Positions 11,274 to 20,974 are shown, numbered from the stretch's first letter. The stretch: 64,000 nucleotides of DNA from an uncultured Gemmatimonadales bacterium (GCA_963779755.1 CAVZZO010000003.1:832001-896000); one strand, 5' to 3'. Numbers and translations are program-made. The notes: generated from the letters alone by a model not told the origin.

Positions 11274-12682
11274 CCGGTGTCTCCGCCGACCAGCGCCTCC
11301 TGCACCCGGACATGAGGCGCCCCTTCGGTCACGGGGAGCGGCACCTGGTAGCCCTTGCCGCACCCGCCGCCGGCCTGATTCCAGGTAAAATCGCCGGCGA
11401 TCCGGTCGAGGGCGCCCAGGGTATGAAACAGGTTGCCGCCGATGGTGACGTCCCGGACCAGCTCGGCCAGCTGCCCGTTGCGGATCATGTAGCCGTAGCC
11501 CGCCGTGAAGGAAAAGTTATCCAGATAGGTCTGTCCCCCCTGGGCATCCACCGCGTAGACGCCCAGATCGATGCCCTCGAAGAGCTCCTCCCGGGTGCCG
11601 GAGCCGTTGGCAATGTAGGTATTGGTCATGCGGACGATGGGAGGATGCCGGAAGCTCAGGGCGCGGGCGTTGCCGGTGGGACGCTCGTTGAGCCGGGCCG
11701 CCGTTTCCCGGGAGTGCAGCCGGCCGACCAGGACACCGTTCTGGATCAGGATCGTGTTCTGGGTGGGGGTGCCTTCATCATCGTAGGGCAGCGTGCCACG
11801 GAGTCCCGCGGCGCTGCCGTCGTCGCCGATGGTCAGGTGGTCGGGTCCGAAACGGCGGCCCAGCTCCATCATGGCCCGGGCCTGCGGGTTCTCGTAGATG
11901 AAATCGGCTTCGCTCAGGTGGCCGAAGGCCTCGTGAACGAACACGCCGGCCAGCTTCGGGTCGAGCACCACCGGATAGCGGCCGCCGCGCACGCCGGGCG
12001 CCTGGAGCAGCTCGATGGCGCGCCGGGCCACTCCGCGGAACATCTCTTCCCGGCCCTGCACCGCCCGCCAGCCCTGCCGCAGGCCCAGGGAATCGATGGC
12101 CCGTTGCAGCTGTCCGTTCTCCCGCCCCAGGGCTACCGCCGAGAGCGTCACTTCAGGCCGCAGCTCGTAGAGCGCGGTCCCGTCGGAGTTCACATACCAG
12201 TAGTCGGTGACTTCGTCGCGGTAGGCGGCCTGGGTGTCGACGATGCGGCGGTCGTGCTCCAGCAGCAGGCGATTGAGTCCTTCCAGCAGCGATTTCTTCT
12301 GGTCCAGCGGGATGCCGCGCGGATCATCCTCCAGCGCAGGCTGGACCAGATCCTGCCGCACCGGCACCCAGGCCAGCGTGATAGGGCTGTCCAGCCGGAT
12401 GCCCAGCGAGAGCTCGTGGGCCCGGGCCAGCATGGCGGGCAGCCGGTCGAGGCTGGTGAAGCTGGCCACGCCCCACCCATGGCCCCGGTTGAGGCAGCGG
12501 ACAAAGCCGCCGGCGTCCAGGCTGGCGTTGGCGCCCTCCTGCCGGGCCCCGCGCCAGGCCACCATGCTGGTCCAGGAGCGCTCCAGGCGGATCTCGGCGT
12601 AATCGGACCGGCAGCGTCGCAATGCATCCTGCAACCGGTCGAGCACGTCGGCGGGATTGCCGCCGGTCGCGCGCAGGGCCAC
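11270..12682 (-). CDS. tldD: TldD family metalloprotease
   Basis: HEAFGHLSEAD Zn motif, YDDEGTP, RMTNT, GGCGK; start approximate. Confidence 0.9.
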   Translation of the reverse strand: MALRATGGNPADVLDRLQDALRRCRSDYAEIRLERSWTSMVAWRGARQEGANASLDAGGFVRCLNRGHGWGVASFTSLDRLPAMLARAHELSLGIRLDSPITLAWVPVRQDLVQPALEDDPRGIPLDQKKSLLEGLNRLLLEHDRRIVDTQAAYRDEVTDYWYVNSDGTALYELRPEVTLSAVALGRENGQLQRAIDSLGLRQGWRAVQGREEMFRGVARRAIELLQAPGVRGGRYPVVLDPKLAGVFVHEAFGHLSEADFIYENPQARAMMELGRRFGPDHLTIGDDGSAAGLRGTLPYDDEGTPTQNTILIQNGVLVGRLHSRETAARLNERPTGNARALSFRHPPIVRMTNTYIANGSGTREELFEGIDLGVYAVDAQGGQTYLDNFSFTAGYGYMIRNGQLAELVRDVTIGGNLFHTLGALDRIAGDFTWNQAGGGCGKGYQVPLPVTEGAPHVRVQEALVGGDTG

Positions 12683-12684
12683 CC

Positions 12685-13197
12685 TCAGCCCTTCAGGCGG
12701 GCGGCGTACTCCGGCCGCAGGATCAGCTCCCCGCCCTGGACGATCTCGCGGTCCCAGGGAAGGATGATGAAGTTGTCGGTTTCGAAGGCATGAAAATCGG
12801 GGGCGTACTCGCCGGTCTTGAAGGCCACGGCAGCCTGCACCTCGGCGGGCCAGCGGGCGCGCACCTCGTTCAGCGCCACGCGCATGGTGGCGCCGGTATC
12901 GCAGGTCTCGTCGACCAGCAGGACCCGGCGGCCCTGGATGGTGGCCGGCGGCCCGGCAATCAGCACCGGGGTCTCGTCGGCACCGGGGCGGGAGACTGTC
13001 ATGGACACGAACTCGCACTGGAGAATGGAGGCCACCACCACGCCGGGGATCACGCCGGCCTTGGCGATCCCCAGCACCACCTCCGGCTGGTAGCCCGACC
13101 GGGCCACCCGCAGCGCGAGCGCCCGGCAGATCTCGCCAAAGAAGGGCCAGTCCACTTCCAGCGTGCCGCGGGGACCGGTAGCCGGCGTGCGTTTCAT
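12685..13197 (-). CDS. Phosphoribosyltransferase family protein
   Basis: VLLVDETCDTGATM PRPP-binding loop; IILPWD. Confidence 0.85.
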   Translation of the reverse strand: MKRTPATGPRGTLEVDWPFFGEICRALALRVARSGYQPEVVLGIAKAGVIPGVVVASILQCEFVSMTVSRPGADETPVLIAGPPATIQGRRVLLVDETCDTGATMRVALNEVRARWPAEVQAAVAFKTGEYAPDFHAFETDNFIILPWDREIVQGGELILRPEYAARLKG

Positions 13198-13362
13198 AGG
13201 GGCCTGATCTCCAGAACGGTGAGCGGGACGCGCGTACTGCAACCTAATGTGGGGGCGATTCCGGCAACAACCGCGTTGCGGCCCCCCCGCGCCGGAGCTA
13301 TTTTGGTGGCAGCAATCGAGTTAGACCGTGTCCCTCCTCCGCCGTGGTGAATTCCGGATCTG

Positions 13363-13803
13363 ATGACTTTCTGGCGGCGACTGTTCGGCCAGCACGAGAG
13401 CGAGTTCCGCCCCCAGCGGCTCGACTATCTGAACGAAGCCCTGGCACTGGAACGCCAGGGCGACTATGAGGCCGCCCTGACGTCCTATCGCCTGGCGTTG
13501 CGCGACAGTCCGGGCGACCCGAAGATCCTGCAGAACATCGCCATCGCCTACACCAAGACGGGCCAGCCCGAGGAGGCGATCCGCCACTACAAGCGTGCCC
13601 TGGAGCTCGATCCCGCGCTGGTGGGCGCGCATTACGGGGTGGCGTTCCTGCTGCTCAAGCGGGGCGAGGTGGGCGAGGCGGCGCAGCACCTGCGCTCGTT
13701 CCTGAGCCAGCCGCCGCGGGGCCCCGATGCCGAGCGCTGGGTGCGCCACGCCGAACACGCGCTGCAGCAGATCGACGCCTCGGCGGCGCCGGAAGCGATG
13801 TGA
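13363..13803 (+). CDS. Tetratricopeptide repeat protein
   Basis: Repeated TPR helices (EAIRHYKRALELDP). Confidence 0.85.
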   Translation: MTFWRRLFGQHESEFRPQRLDYLNEALALERQGDYEAALTSYRLALRDSPGDPKILQNIAIAYTKTGQPEEAIRHYKRALELDPALVGAHYGVAFLLLKRGEVGEAAQHLRSFLSQPPRGPDAERWVRHAEHALQQIDASAAPEAM

Positions 13804-13805
13804 CC

Positions 13806-14507
13806 ATGCGGCCCCGGTTGCGGCCCGCCCTACTCCTGCTCGCGGCCGCGGCCTGCAGCAAGTTGTCGGGCGACAGCGGGGTGCCGGTGGCGCTGGAGGT
13901 CCGCGTCCCCGCCGCCACTCAGGTGGAGGTGGGCGACACCATCCAGCTCACCGCACGAGCGCTCAATCAGCAGGGCGACAGCGTCGATGCGCCCATCACC
14001 TGGCGGACGCCCGACACCCTCACCGTCGCGATCGACAGCCTGACGGGACGGCTCACCGGCGTGACGGCCGGGACGGGACGGATCCAGGCGCGCAGCGGGT
14101 CGCTGGTCTCGAGCTTCGTGAGTTTCACCGTGCTGGCGCGGGTGGATACCCTGCAGATCATCCCGCCCGATTCCAGCCGGGTGGCGGCCGGGGTCATCGC
14201 GTCCGGCCCGCTGGTGGTCGAGCTCGATTCGCTCAACCCTCTCGGGCCGGTGGCCGGCCGCCCGGTGATCTACGATGTGGTGCTCCCGCTGTTCGGCCAG
14301 CCGGGCGACACGGTGGCCCTGAACGGCAAGGGCCTGACGGCAACGGCGATCACCGGAAGCGACGGGCAGCCAACCAGCCCGGTCACGCTGAACCGCGTGG
14401 CCGGGCAGCCGTCGCCCGACAGCGCGCAAGTCGAAGTGCGGGCGCAGCGGCCCAGCGGGGCACCCGTCCCCGGGTCCGGCCAGCGCTTCATCATCCGGTT
14501 CGACTAG
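13806..14507 (+). CDS. Putative lipoprotein with Ig-like domains
   Basis: Lipobox-like LLLAAAAC; Big_2-like VGDTIQLTA...ITW...GRLTGVTAG. Confidence 0.7.
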   Translation: MRPRLRPALLLLAAAACSKLSGDSGVPVALEVRVPAATQVEVGDTIQLTARALNQQGDSVDAPITWRTPDTLTVAIDSLTGRLTGVTAGTGRIQARSGSLVSSFVSFTVLARVDTLQIIPPDSSRVAAGVIASGPLVVELDSLNPLGPVAGRPVIYDVVLPLFGQPGDTVALNGKGLTATAITGSDGQPTSPVTLNRVAGQPSPDSAQVEVRAQRPSGAPVPGSGQRFIIRFD

Positions 14508-14591
14508 CCCCCCCGAACCGGGCCAGGCGGAGCGTGGCGGCGGCTCCGTGCAGGGATATGGCCGCCAGCACTACGAAGCGAGGAGGGCCCG

Positions 14592-16421
14592 GTGCCGGAT
14601 CCACAGACGCTCACCGAACTGTTTTTCAACGCCATCGAACACTTCCACGACCGGCCCGTCGTCATGCGGCGCAAGGCGGTCAGCACGTGGTCACCCCTCA
14701 GCTATCAGGAGCTGCTGGAGCAGGTCCACGCCTTCAGCCTGGGCCTGCGCGAGCTCGGTATCGCTCCCGGCAGCGCGGTGGCGATTCTCTCGGAGAATCG
14801 TCCCGAATGGGCCGTCGCGGACTACGCCTGCCTGGCAGCCCGCTGCCTGGACGTGCCCATCTACCCCACCCTGCCCCCCAACCAGGTGGAGTACATCCTC
14901 CGCGACTCCGGCGCAGTGGCGATCTGCGTCTCCAGCCGGGCACAGCTGGACAAGCTGCAGGAGATCCGCGGCCGCCTGCCGGCCCTGCGCCAGGTCATCG
15001 TCTTCGAGGCGCCGGGAAGCCCGGGCGACACCCGGACCTTCGATTCCATGCTGGAGCTGGGCCGCGGCGCGCGGGAGAAATATCCCGACTGGCGCGAAGA
15101 AGCCTGCCGGGCCGCGCCGGACGACCTGGCAACCATCATCTACACCTCGGGCACGACCGGCGATCCCAAGGGCGTCATGCTGACGCACGGCAACATCACG
15201 TCCAACGTGGTGTCGCTGTTGACGGCCCAGCCGTTGCTGGACAGCGACGAGTGCCTCTCCTTTCTGCCGCTGTCGCACATCTTCGAGCGGATGGTGGGGC
15301 ACTACACCATGCTCCACGCCGGGATCGTGATCAACTACGCCACCAGCATCGATAACGTAGCGGCGGAGATGACCGAGGTCCGGCCCACCATCGTGGTTTC
15401 GGTGCCGCGGCTGTACGAGAAGATCTACGCCCGCGTCCTCGAGGGCGCGCTCTCCGGCTCGGCCATCAAGAAGCAGATCTTCTTCTGGGCCCGGAAGACC
15501 GCGTTCGAATGGGCCGACCGCACCCTCGCGAACGAGACCCTGCCGGCCGGCCTCGCCTTGAAGAAGCGCATTGCCGACAAGCTGGTGTTTTCCAAGCTGC
15601 AGGCCCGGACCGGCGGCCGGCTGCGCCTCTTCGTCTCGGGCGGAGCGCCGCTCTCGCCCGAAATCGCCCGCTTCTTCTATGCGGCGGGCCTGCCGATCCT
15701 CGAGGGCTACGGGCTCACCGAAACCTCGCCGGTGATCGCCTGTAATACCTTCGCCCATTTCCGGCTCGGCACGGTAGGCCAGCCGATTCCCGGGGTGGAG
15801 GTGCAAATCGGCCCCGACGGCGAGATCCTGGCCCGGGGCCCCAATGTCATGCAGGGGTACTACCATAAGCCCGAGGCCACCGCCGAGGCCCTGGATCCCG
15901 ACGGCTGGTTCCACACCGGCGATATCGGCGAGCTCGATCCCGACGGCTACCTCAAGATCACCGACCGCAAGAAGGACCTGATCGTCACCGCGGGCGGCAA
16001 GAACATCGCCCCCCAGCCTATCGAGAACCGGATCAAGAGCAACAAGTACGTGGCCAATGCCGTCATGCTGGGCGACCGCCGCAAGTTCCCCATCATGCTG
16101 GTAGTGCCCAACATGGAGAATCTGCGGGCGTGGGCCCTGCGCCACCACATGCAGTTCGTGGACGATGCGAGCCTGCTGCGCAACGAGAAAGCGGTGCAGA
16201 AGGTGGAGCGGGAAATGATGAAACACCTGCGGGATCTGGCCCAGTTCGAGATCCCCAAGAAGGTGCTGCTCATCGCGAGCGACTTCAGCATCGAGAGCGG
16301 CGAGCTGACCCCCACCCTCAAGGTCAAGCGACGGGTGGTGGAGAAGAACTACCGGGATCAGATCGAAGCCCTGTACGCCGAGCCGGAAGGCGGGAAGCAC
16401 GACCTGGTCGAAACGGCCTAA
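14592..16421 (+). CDS. Long-chain fatty-acid--CoA ligase (AMP-binding)
   Basis: YTSGTTGDPKGV, GYGLTET, GWFHTGDIG, DRKKD, ELTPTLK. Confidence 0.93.
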   Translation: MPDPQTLTELFFNAIEHFHDRPVVMRRKAVSTWSPLSYQELLEQVHAFSLGLRELGIAPGSAVAILSENRPEWAVADYACLAARCLDVPIYPTLPPNQVEYILRDSGAVAICVSSRAQLDKLQEIRGRLPALRQVIVFEAPGSPGDTRTFDSMLELGRGAREKYPDWREEACRAAPDDLATIIYTSGTTGDPKGVMLTHGNITSNVVSLLTAQPLLDSDECLSFLPLSHIFERMVGHYTMLHAGIVINYATSIDNVAAEMTEVRPTIVVSVPRLYEKIYARVLEGALSGSAIKKQIFFWARKTAFEWADRTLANETLPAGLALKKRIADKLVFSKLQARTGGRLRLFVSGGAPLSPEIARFFYAAGLPILEGYGLTETSPVIACNTFAHFRLGTVGQPIPGVEVQIGPDGEILARGPNVMQGYYHKPEATAEALDPDGWFHTGDIGELDPDGYLKITDRKKDLIVTAGGKNIAPQPIENRIKSNKYVANAVMLGDRRKFPIMLVVPNMENLRAWALRHHMQFVDDASLLRNEKAVQKVEREMMKHLRDLAQFEIPKKVLLIASDFSIESGELTPTLKVKRRVVEKNYRDQIEALYAEPEGGKHDLVETA

Positions 16422-16430
16422 CGGATGGCC

Positions 16431-16528
16431 GCAGGGGGCGACGCGGGGGGGGGCGACGCATGCGTCGCCCCCTGCCGTGCGTCGCCCCCTGCCGTGCGTC
16501 GCCCCCTGCTGTGCGTCGCCCCCTGCTC
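16431..16528. repeat. REP-like palindrome with tandem 17-bp expansion
   Basis: Two GGGGGCGACGC arms followed by four tandem TGCGTCGCCCCCTGCNN units, between convergent genes. Confidence 0.85.
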
Positions 16529-17129
16529 AGCCCTTCGCCTTTCTCCCCACCCACCAGCCGCCGGCGCTCGCCAGCACCTCGACGGTCTCCGGCGCGGCGT
16601 CCGGGTTCCCCTGCGCCACGATCTGCAGCCCCGGGAGCACCGCCTGGACGGCCTGGCGCAGCCAGTCGCCGCGGCCGGCATAGTCGCCGCCCACCGCCAC
16701 CGAGCGCATGCTGCGCCGTTTGACCGGCAGCGCGGGGCCGCGCAACAGGCTCAGCATGGGGCCTTCCCGCTGGTCCTCCGGCGCATTCACCCCGACAAGA
16801 TGCACCCCCGGAACGCGCTCCGTCAGCTCCGGACCCAGAACCGCAACGTTCCCCACCAGCGCGGCATACCCGCCCGGCCCGCGCAGGCCGAGCAGGGCGT
16901 GCAGGCCCTCCGCGGTGAGGCCGGCCAGCCCCGGGGCGGGACGCAACGGATCGCCGCCGGAGCCGAACACGGCGACGCCGTCCTGAATGGGATATTCGCG
17001 GTGGCAGACCGGACAGCCGAGGTGGCCGCTCCGCACCGAGCGCTGCTCCACCACACCGGGCACGAGCACCAGGTATTGCTCGTCATGCGGCGCGGGACAG
17101 CGGAGGTGGTCGGTCAGCTCGATGAACAT
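16527..17129 (-). CDS. Hypothetical protein with Trm112-like N-terminus
   Basis: LRCP...LGCPVCHREYPIQDGV resembles Trm112; the remainder may be a degenerate methyltransferase fold. Confidence 0.65.
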   Translation of the reverse strand: MFIELTDHLRCPAPHDEQYLVLVPGVVEQRSVRSGHLGCPVCHREYPIQDGVAVFGSGGDPLRPAPGLAGLTAEGLHALLGLRGPGGYAALVGNVAVLGPELTERVPGVHLVGVNAPEDQREGPMLSLLRGPALPVKRRSMRSVAVGGDYAGRGDWLRQAVQAVLPGLQIVAQGNPDAAPETVEVLASAGGWWVGRKAKG

Positions 17130-17140
17130 GCCTGAAACCC

Positions 17141-17209
17141 GGTGAGCGGTAAGCAGTGAGCGGTAAGCGGGCGGGAGCTTCCGGCCCCGCTCACCACTTA
17201 CCGCTCACC
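17141..17209. repeat. Heptamer GTRAGCR tandem/inverted repeat hairpin
   Basis: Same family as 6896-6954: 4 direct and 3 inverted copies. Confidence 0.85.
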
Positions 17210-18773
17210 GAAATACCACCCACGTCACCATCCCCTCCTCCACATGCACCCGCCGGAAGACTTTCCGGCCGTTGATCTCCGTGCCCAGTACGTAGTCGCC
17301 GGCGGGGACGTCGCCGACGGCGAAGTTCTCGTGGTAGAGCGGATGAGCGTGGGCGCGGGCCCCGTAGGTTTCGGCGTAGGAGAAGGGCGTCTCCGCGGGG
17401 GCCGCCTTGCGCAGCCCGTAGATCCGTGCCTGCTCAACCGGCTGGCCGTCGGGACCGATCACCTGCCCGGCGACGATACCGGTGCCGGGCAAGGACTTGA
17501 TCCACAGCTCGGGATTGGTGGTCCAGGGCGGATACCGCTGCAGCGAATCCACGATGGCACCCACGGAATCCACGGGAGCGGCGTGGACCTCGAGATGCAG
17601 GTGATCGTTGGTGGCGCGTCCGGTATTCCCGACGCGGGAGATGACCTGCCCCTCCTGCACCCGCTCCCCCACCTGCACCAGCAACGCCGAGTTATGATAG
17701 TAGACGCTGTAAATGCGCAGCCGCTTTCCGCCGGGAGCGCGCAGCGTGGAATCGTGCCGGATGGCCACCGTCAGCGCGCCCGCTTCGGCCCGTCCGGCGT
17801 AGACCACCACCCCACTGCCGATGGCGTGCACCGGCGTGCCGTCGGCGTTGTTGAACTCCACCCCCTGATGCTGCTGGAAGTTCCCTCCCATGGTGGAGCC
17901 GTAGCGGTACGTCTGGTCGATATACGAATTGTCTACCAGATCGATCGGCCGGCGGAACCAGCTGGTACGCGGCGACCGGGGCCGCCGCGCCCGGGGGGCG
18001 CCCGCCCCGGCATAGCAGGGCTTCGCCGCCCGCGCCGGCGGGAGCAGACCACAGTGGGATGCCACCAGCCGCGCGCCCCCCACCACCAGCGTCTGCTCGG
18101 TCGGAAAATCCGCGGGCCCCTCCAGCGGCACGCGTTGCCAGCCGTCGCTGGTGGACTCCAGCCGCTCCGCTCCGTGGGGCGTGCGCACCGCGAGGCCGCC
18201 GCGATCCCACTGGAGACCGGTCAGGTACTCGTCACCCAGCAGGATGAGGGCGGTGTCGGCCGGCCCCCGGGTGGGCGGCCCGGTGGAATCGCCCACGGCG
18301 AGCCAGTGCGCGCCGTCATCGGTGGTGATCTGCAGTCCGTCGGCGGTGGCGATGACGGTCGTATCGCCGCGGGTGGCAATGCCTCCGGGCGCCACATACT
18401 GCCATTCCGGCCCCAGCTGGCCGAAGGTCCAGTTGTGCCAGGTCCGGCCGCTGTCGGTGGACAGCCCCCAGCCGTTCCCTACCGTCCCGTACCACACCTC
18501 GCCCCGCGGCCCGAATCCGAAAGCATTCACGAAGTCCCAGGAAAGCGAGCCCGCCACCGTGTCGGCATGGATCCAGTCCCAGCGGCCGGCGCCCGGCGCG
18601 AGCCGATAGATGCCGCGGCCGTAGGTGCCCACCCAGATGGCACCGTCGGGGGCGCGGGCGGCGGCGAGGACATGGACCCCCCAGCCGGTCGAATCGGGGA
18701 GAGGCGGAAGCTGGGCCCCCAGCGGGGCCGGAGCGAGGGCGACGACGGTCAGCAGAGCCAGGACTCGGCGCAT
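17205..18773 (-). CDS. Secreted M23 family peptidase with N-terminal beta-propeller/BNR repeats
   Basis: Signal peptide, STDSGRTW and TTDDGAHW Asp-boxes, HQGVEF, YYH, GNTG, HLHLEV. Confidence 0.85.
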   Translation of the reverse strand: MRRVLALLTVVALAPAPLGAQLPPLPDSTGWGVHVLAAARAPDGAIWVGTYGRGIYRLAPGAGRWDWIHADTVAGSLSWDFVNAFGFGPRGEVWYGTVGNGWGLSTDSGRTWHNWTFGQLGPEWQYVAPGGIATRGDTTVIATADGLQITTDDGAHWLAVGDSTGPPTRGPADTALILLGDEYLTGLQWDRGGLAVRTPHGAERLESTSDGWQRVPLEGPADFPTEQTLVVGGARLVASHCGLLPPARAAKPCYAGAGAPRARRPRSPRTSWFRRPIDLVDNSYIDQTYRYGSTMGGNFQQHQGVEFNNADGTPVHAIGSGVVVYAGRAEAGALTVAIRHDSTLRAPGGKRLRIYSVYYHNSALLVQVGERVQEGQVISRVGNTGRATNDHLHLEVHAAPVDSVGAIVDSLQRYPPWTTNPELWIKSLPGTGIVAGQVIGPDGQPVEQARIYGLRKAAPAETPFSYAETYGARAHAHPLYHENFAVGDVPAGDYVLGTEINGRKVFRRVHVEEGMVTWVVFR

Positions 18774-18783
18774 GGAACGATCC

Positions 18784-19479
18784 TCAGGCAGGGCCCAGCC
18801 GCATCCAGTCGAGCACGACATGGGGCGGACGGGTGGCGGCGAACACCACGGCCTCGGCCACATCGGCCGGCCGCAGCATCCGCGCGCGAGGGGTGAAGCC
18901 GGGCCGGCGATCGGGATCCACCGGATCCCACACCGCGGTGTCGGTGGGGCCGGGAGAGATCAGGGCCATCCGGACGCCGGTGCCCCGGTACTCCGCCAGC
19001 AGGGTTTCGTGCAGCCCGCGCAGCCCGAACTTGGCCGCGGCGTAGGCGGCGTTGCCGGGGAAGGCGGCGTGATCCGCGATGCTGCCGATGGTGATCAGCT
19101 GTCCCCGCCCGGCGGAACGCATCGCGGGCAGCAGGGCGCGGGCGACGGCGAACGGCGCGCGGAGGTTCAGCGCCAGCAGCGCCTCGAACGCCTCCGGGCT
19201 GGTTTCTTCGAAGGGTTGCAGCAGGAATCCACCGGCGTTGTTGACCACCAGGTGCGGCGGGCCGAACTCGGCCAGGACTTCATCGGTGGCCCGGCGCAGC
19301 AGCACCGGGTCGGTAAGATCGCAGGTGAGATCGAAGAAGGGGCCGTCTTCGCCGTCGGCCAGGCTGCGGGCGAGCCGGACGACCGTCGCGCCCTGGCCGG
19401 CCAGGGCGGCGGCGGTGGCCGCCCCGATGCCGCGGGAGGCGCCGGTCACCACCGCTACCTGTCCCGCGAGCGGGGTCAT
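18784..19479 (-). CDS. Short-chain dehydrogenase/reductase
   Basis: [17 protein letters not shown]. Confidence 0.92.
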   Translation of the reverse strand: MTPLAGQVAVVTGASRGIGAATAAALAGQGATVVRLARSLADGEDGPFFDLTCDLTDPVLLRRATDEVLAEFGPPHLVVNNAGGFLLQPFEETSPEAFEALLALNLRAPFAVARALLPAMRSAGRGQLITIGSIADHAAFPGNAAYAAAKFGLRGLHETLLAEYRGTGVRMALISPGPTDTAVWDPVDPDRRPGFTPRARMLRPADVAEAVVFAATRPPHVVLDWMRLGPA

Positions 19480-20078
19480 TCGCCGGCGCGCACGCCGTGG
19501 ACCAGCCGGAGGAACTCGTCCCGGGTTTTCTGGTCGTCACGGAAGGCGCCGCGGAGCGCGCTGGTGACCGTCCGGGAGTTCTGTTTCTCGACACCCCGCA
19601 TCGCCATGCAGAGGTGGTTGGCTTCGATCACCACGCCGACGCCCTGGGGCCGGAGCACATCCATGAGCGCGTCGGCGACCTGGTCGGTCAGCCGCTCCTG
19701 CACCTGCAGGCGGCGAGCGAAGACCTCGACGATCCGGGGCAGCTTGGACAGCCCGATGATGCGGCCGTCGGGAATGTAGGCCACGTGCGCGCGGCCGAAG
19801 AACGGCAGCAGATGGTGCTCGCAAAGCGAATACAGCTCGATGTCGCGCACCAGAATCATGCTCTCGTGGTTTTCTTCGAACACCGCGTCGCCCACGACGT
19901 CGGCCACCGAGAGGCTGTAGCCCCGGGTGAGCCAGCGCAGGGCCGCCTCCACCCGGGAGGGCGTCTTGACCAGCCCGTCCCGTTCGGGGTCCTCGCCCAG
20001 CGCAGCCAGGATGGCGTGCACGTGCTCGGCGAAGGGCGCGGCGGCCGGCGCGATTCTACGAACCTTGATACTCGACAT
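19476..20078 (-). CDS. folE: GTP cyclohydrolase I
   Basis: [34 protein letters not shown]. Confidence 0.97.
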   Translation of the reverse strand: MSSIKVRRIAPAAAPFAEHVHAILAALGEDPERDGLVKTPSRVEAALRWLTRGYSLSVADVVGDAVFEENHESMILVRDIELYSLCEHHLLPFFGRAHVAYIPDGRIIGLSKLPRIVEVFARRLQVQERLTDQVADALMDVLRPQGVGVVIEANHLCMAMRGVEKQNSRTVTSALRGAFRDDQKTRDEFLRLVHGVRAGE

Positions 20079-20469
20079 AGCTCCTCGGTGTCTCCCAGAG
20101 ACGCAGGGACAACGTCAGGCCGGCCGGCAGAGCGGGCGCCAGCTCCTGCCAGCAGACCACCGCAATGTTCTCGGCCGACGGGATTCGCTCCCGGAACCAG
20201 GGCACGTCCAGATTCAGGTTGCGGTGATCCAGGTGCCGCAGCAGACGTTCCTCTACCAGCTCCCGCAACAGGCCCGTATCCAGGACATAGCCGGTTTCGG
20301 GACTGATTTCCCCCTCGACGGTCACATCCAGCTCGTAATTGTGGCCGTGGTAGTTGGGGTTGTTACAGGGCCCGAACGTGCGCTGGTTCCATTCGTCGGA
20401 CCGGGCCGGATTGTGCAACCGGTGCGCGGCGTTGAAGTGCACGCGCCGCGTGACTCGGCATCTGGGCAT
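20056..20469 (-). CDS. 6-pyruvoyl-tetrahydropterin synthase (PTPS-II-type motif)
   Basis: [34 protein letters not shown]. Confidence 0.9.
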   Translation of the reverse strand: MPRCRVTRRVHFNAAHRLHNPARSDEWNQRTFGPCNNPNYHGHNYELDVTVEGEISPETGYVLDTGLLRELVEERLLRHLDHRNLNLDVPWFRERIPSAENIAVVCWQELAPALPAGLTLSLRLWETPRSYVEYQGS

Positions 20470-20542
20470 GCTCGAATTCCGATCGGCTACGGGTCCGCGC
20501 ATCAATACCCCGGGAGCCTGCCATCGGTTCCCTGCCCGGAGC

Positions 20543-20578
20543 AATAAACGAGAAAGCGCCGACCCGTAAGATCGGCGC
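20543..20578 (-). terminator. Intrinsic terminator downstream of putative 6S RNA
   Basis: Minus strand GCGCCGATC-TTACG-GGTCGGCGC followed by TTTCTCGTTTATT. Confidence 0.7.
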
Positions 20579-20589
20579 ATTCATGAAGA

Positions 20590-20741
20590 ACGGCAACGGA
20601 GGGGTTTATTGAAGCCCGAATCGAATGCTTGGGGCCCTCACCGTAACGTCTGTCTTCCCCCGAGGGGCGTGGCATAAGCTACAGCATGTGGGTCCCATGA
20701 CCGGACCTGTTGGCTCAATAACGGTTCCCCCGCTGCCGTCC
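20590..20741 (-). ncRNA. ssrS: Probable 6S RNA
   Basis: About 150 nt with end-to-end pairing (ACGGCAGCGG/CCGTTGCCGT; TTATTGAGCC/GGCTTCAATAA), a central bubble, and flanking promoter and terminator. Confidence 0.7.
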
Positions 20742-20748
20742 GGGCACC

Positions 20749-20777
20749 AAGATAGAGATCGCGCACCGATGCGTCAA
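20749..20777 (-). promoter_or_regulatory. sigma70-type promoter for the ncRNA
   Basis: TTGACG-N17-TATCTT ending about 7 nt upstream of the RNA 5' stem. Confidence 0.75.
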
Positions 20778-20827
20778 GCAACAAAAAGCCGCAACACGGG
20801 GTCGGAAATCCGGACGTGACCCGACGG

Positions 20828-20974
20828 CTACTGAGTAAGTGCCCACCAACGGACCAGCAGCGTCACGCCGGCCGCCAGCAGCAGGTGAATGGCGCCGACC
20901 CCCACCGGGGTGATGAAGCCGAAAATGACCCAGGCGACCAGCAGCGTCAGCGCGCCAAGGAGAGTGAGCCGCAC
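20828..20974 (-). CDS. 48-aa membrane protein, lmo0937/DUF5670-like
   Basis: GGAGG RBS + GTG; MRLTLLGALTLLVAWVIFGFITPVGVGAIHLLLAAGVTLLVRWWALTQ. Not in the ORF track. Confidence 0.65.
   Translation of the reverse strand: MRLTLLGALTLLVAWVIFGFITPVGVGAIHLLLAAGVTLLVRWWALTQ

Noticed and set aside
9978..12682. TldD/PmbA as the maturation protease for the Cys-rich peptides
   Set aside because: Separated from them by core genes, host-like GC, and cytoplasmic while the peptides look secreted; no evidence of linkage.
16461..16528. Possible CRISPR array
   Set aside because: 17-bp units are directly tandem with no unique spacers, and there are no cas genes.
20056..20469. Calling this gene queD
   Set aside because: The active-site spacing is C-x5-HGH and no queC/queE/queF genes are nearby.
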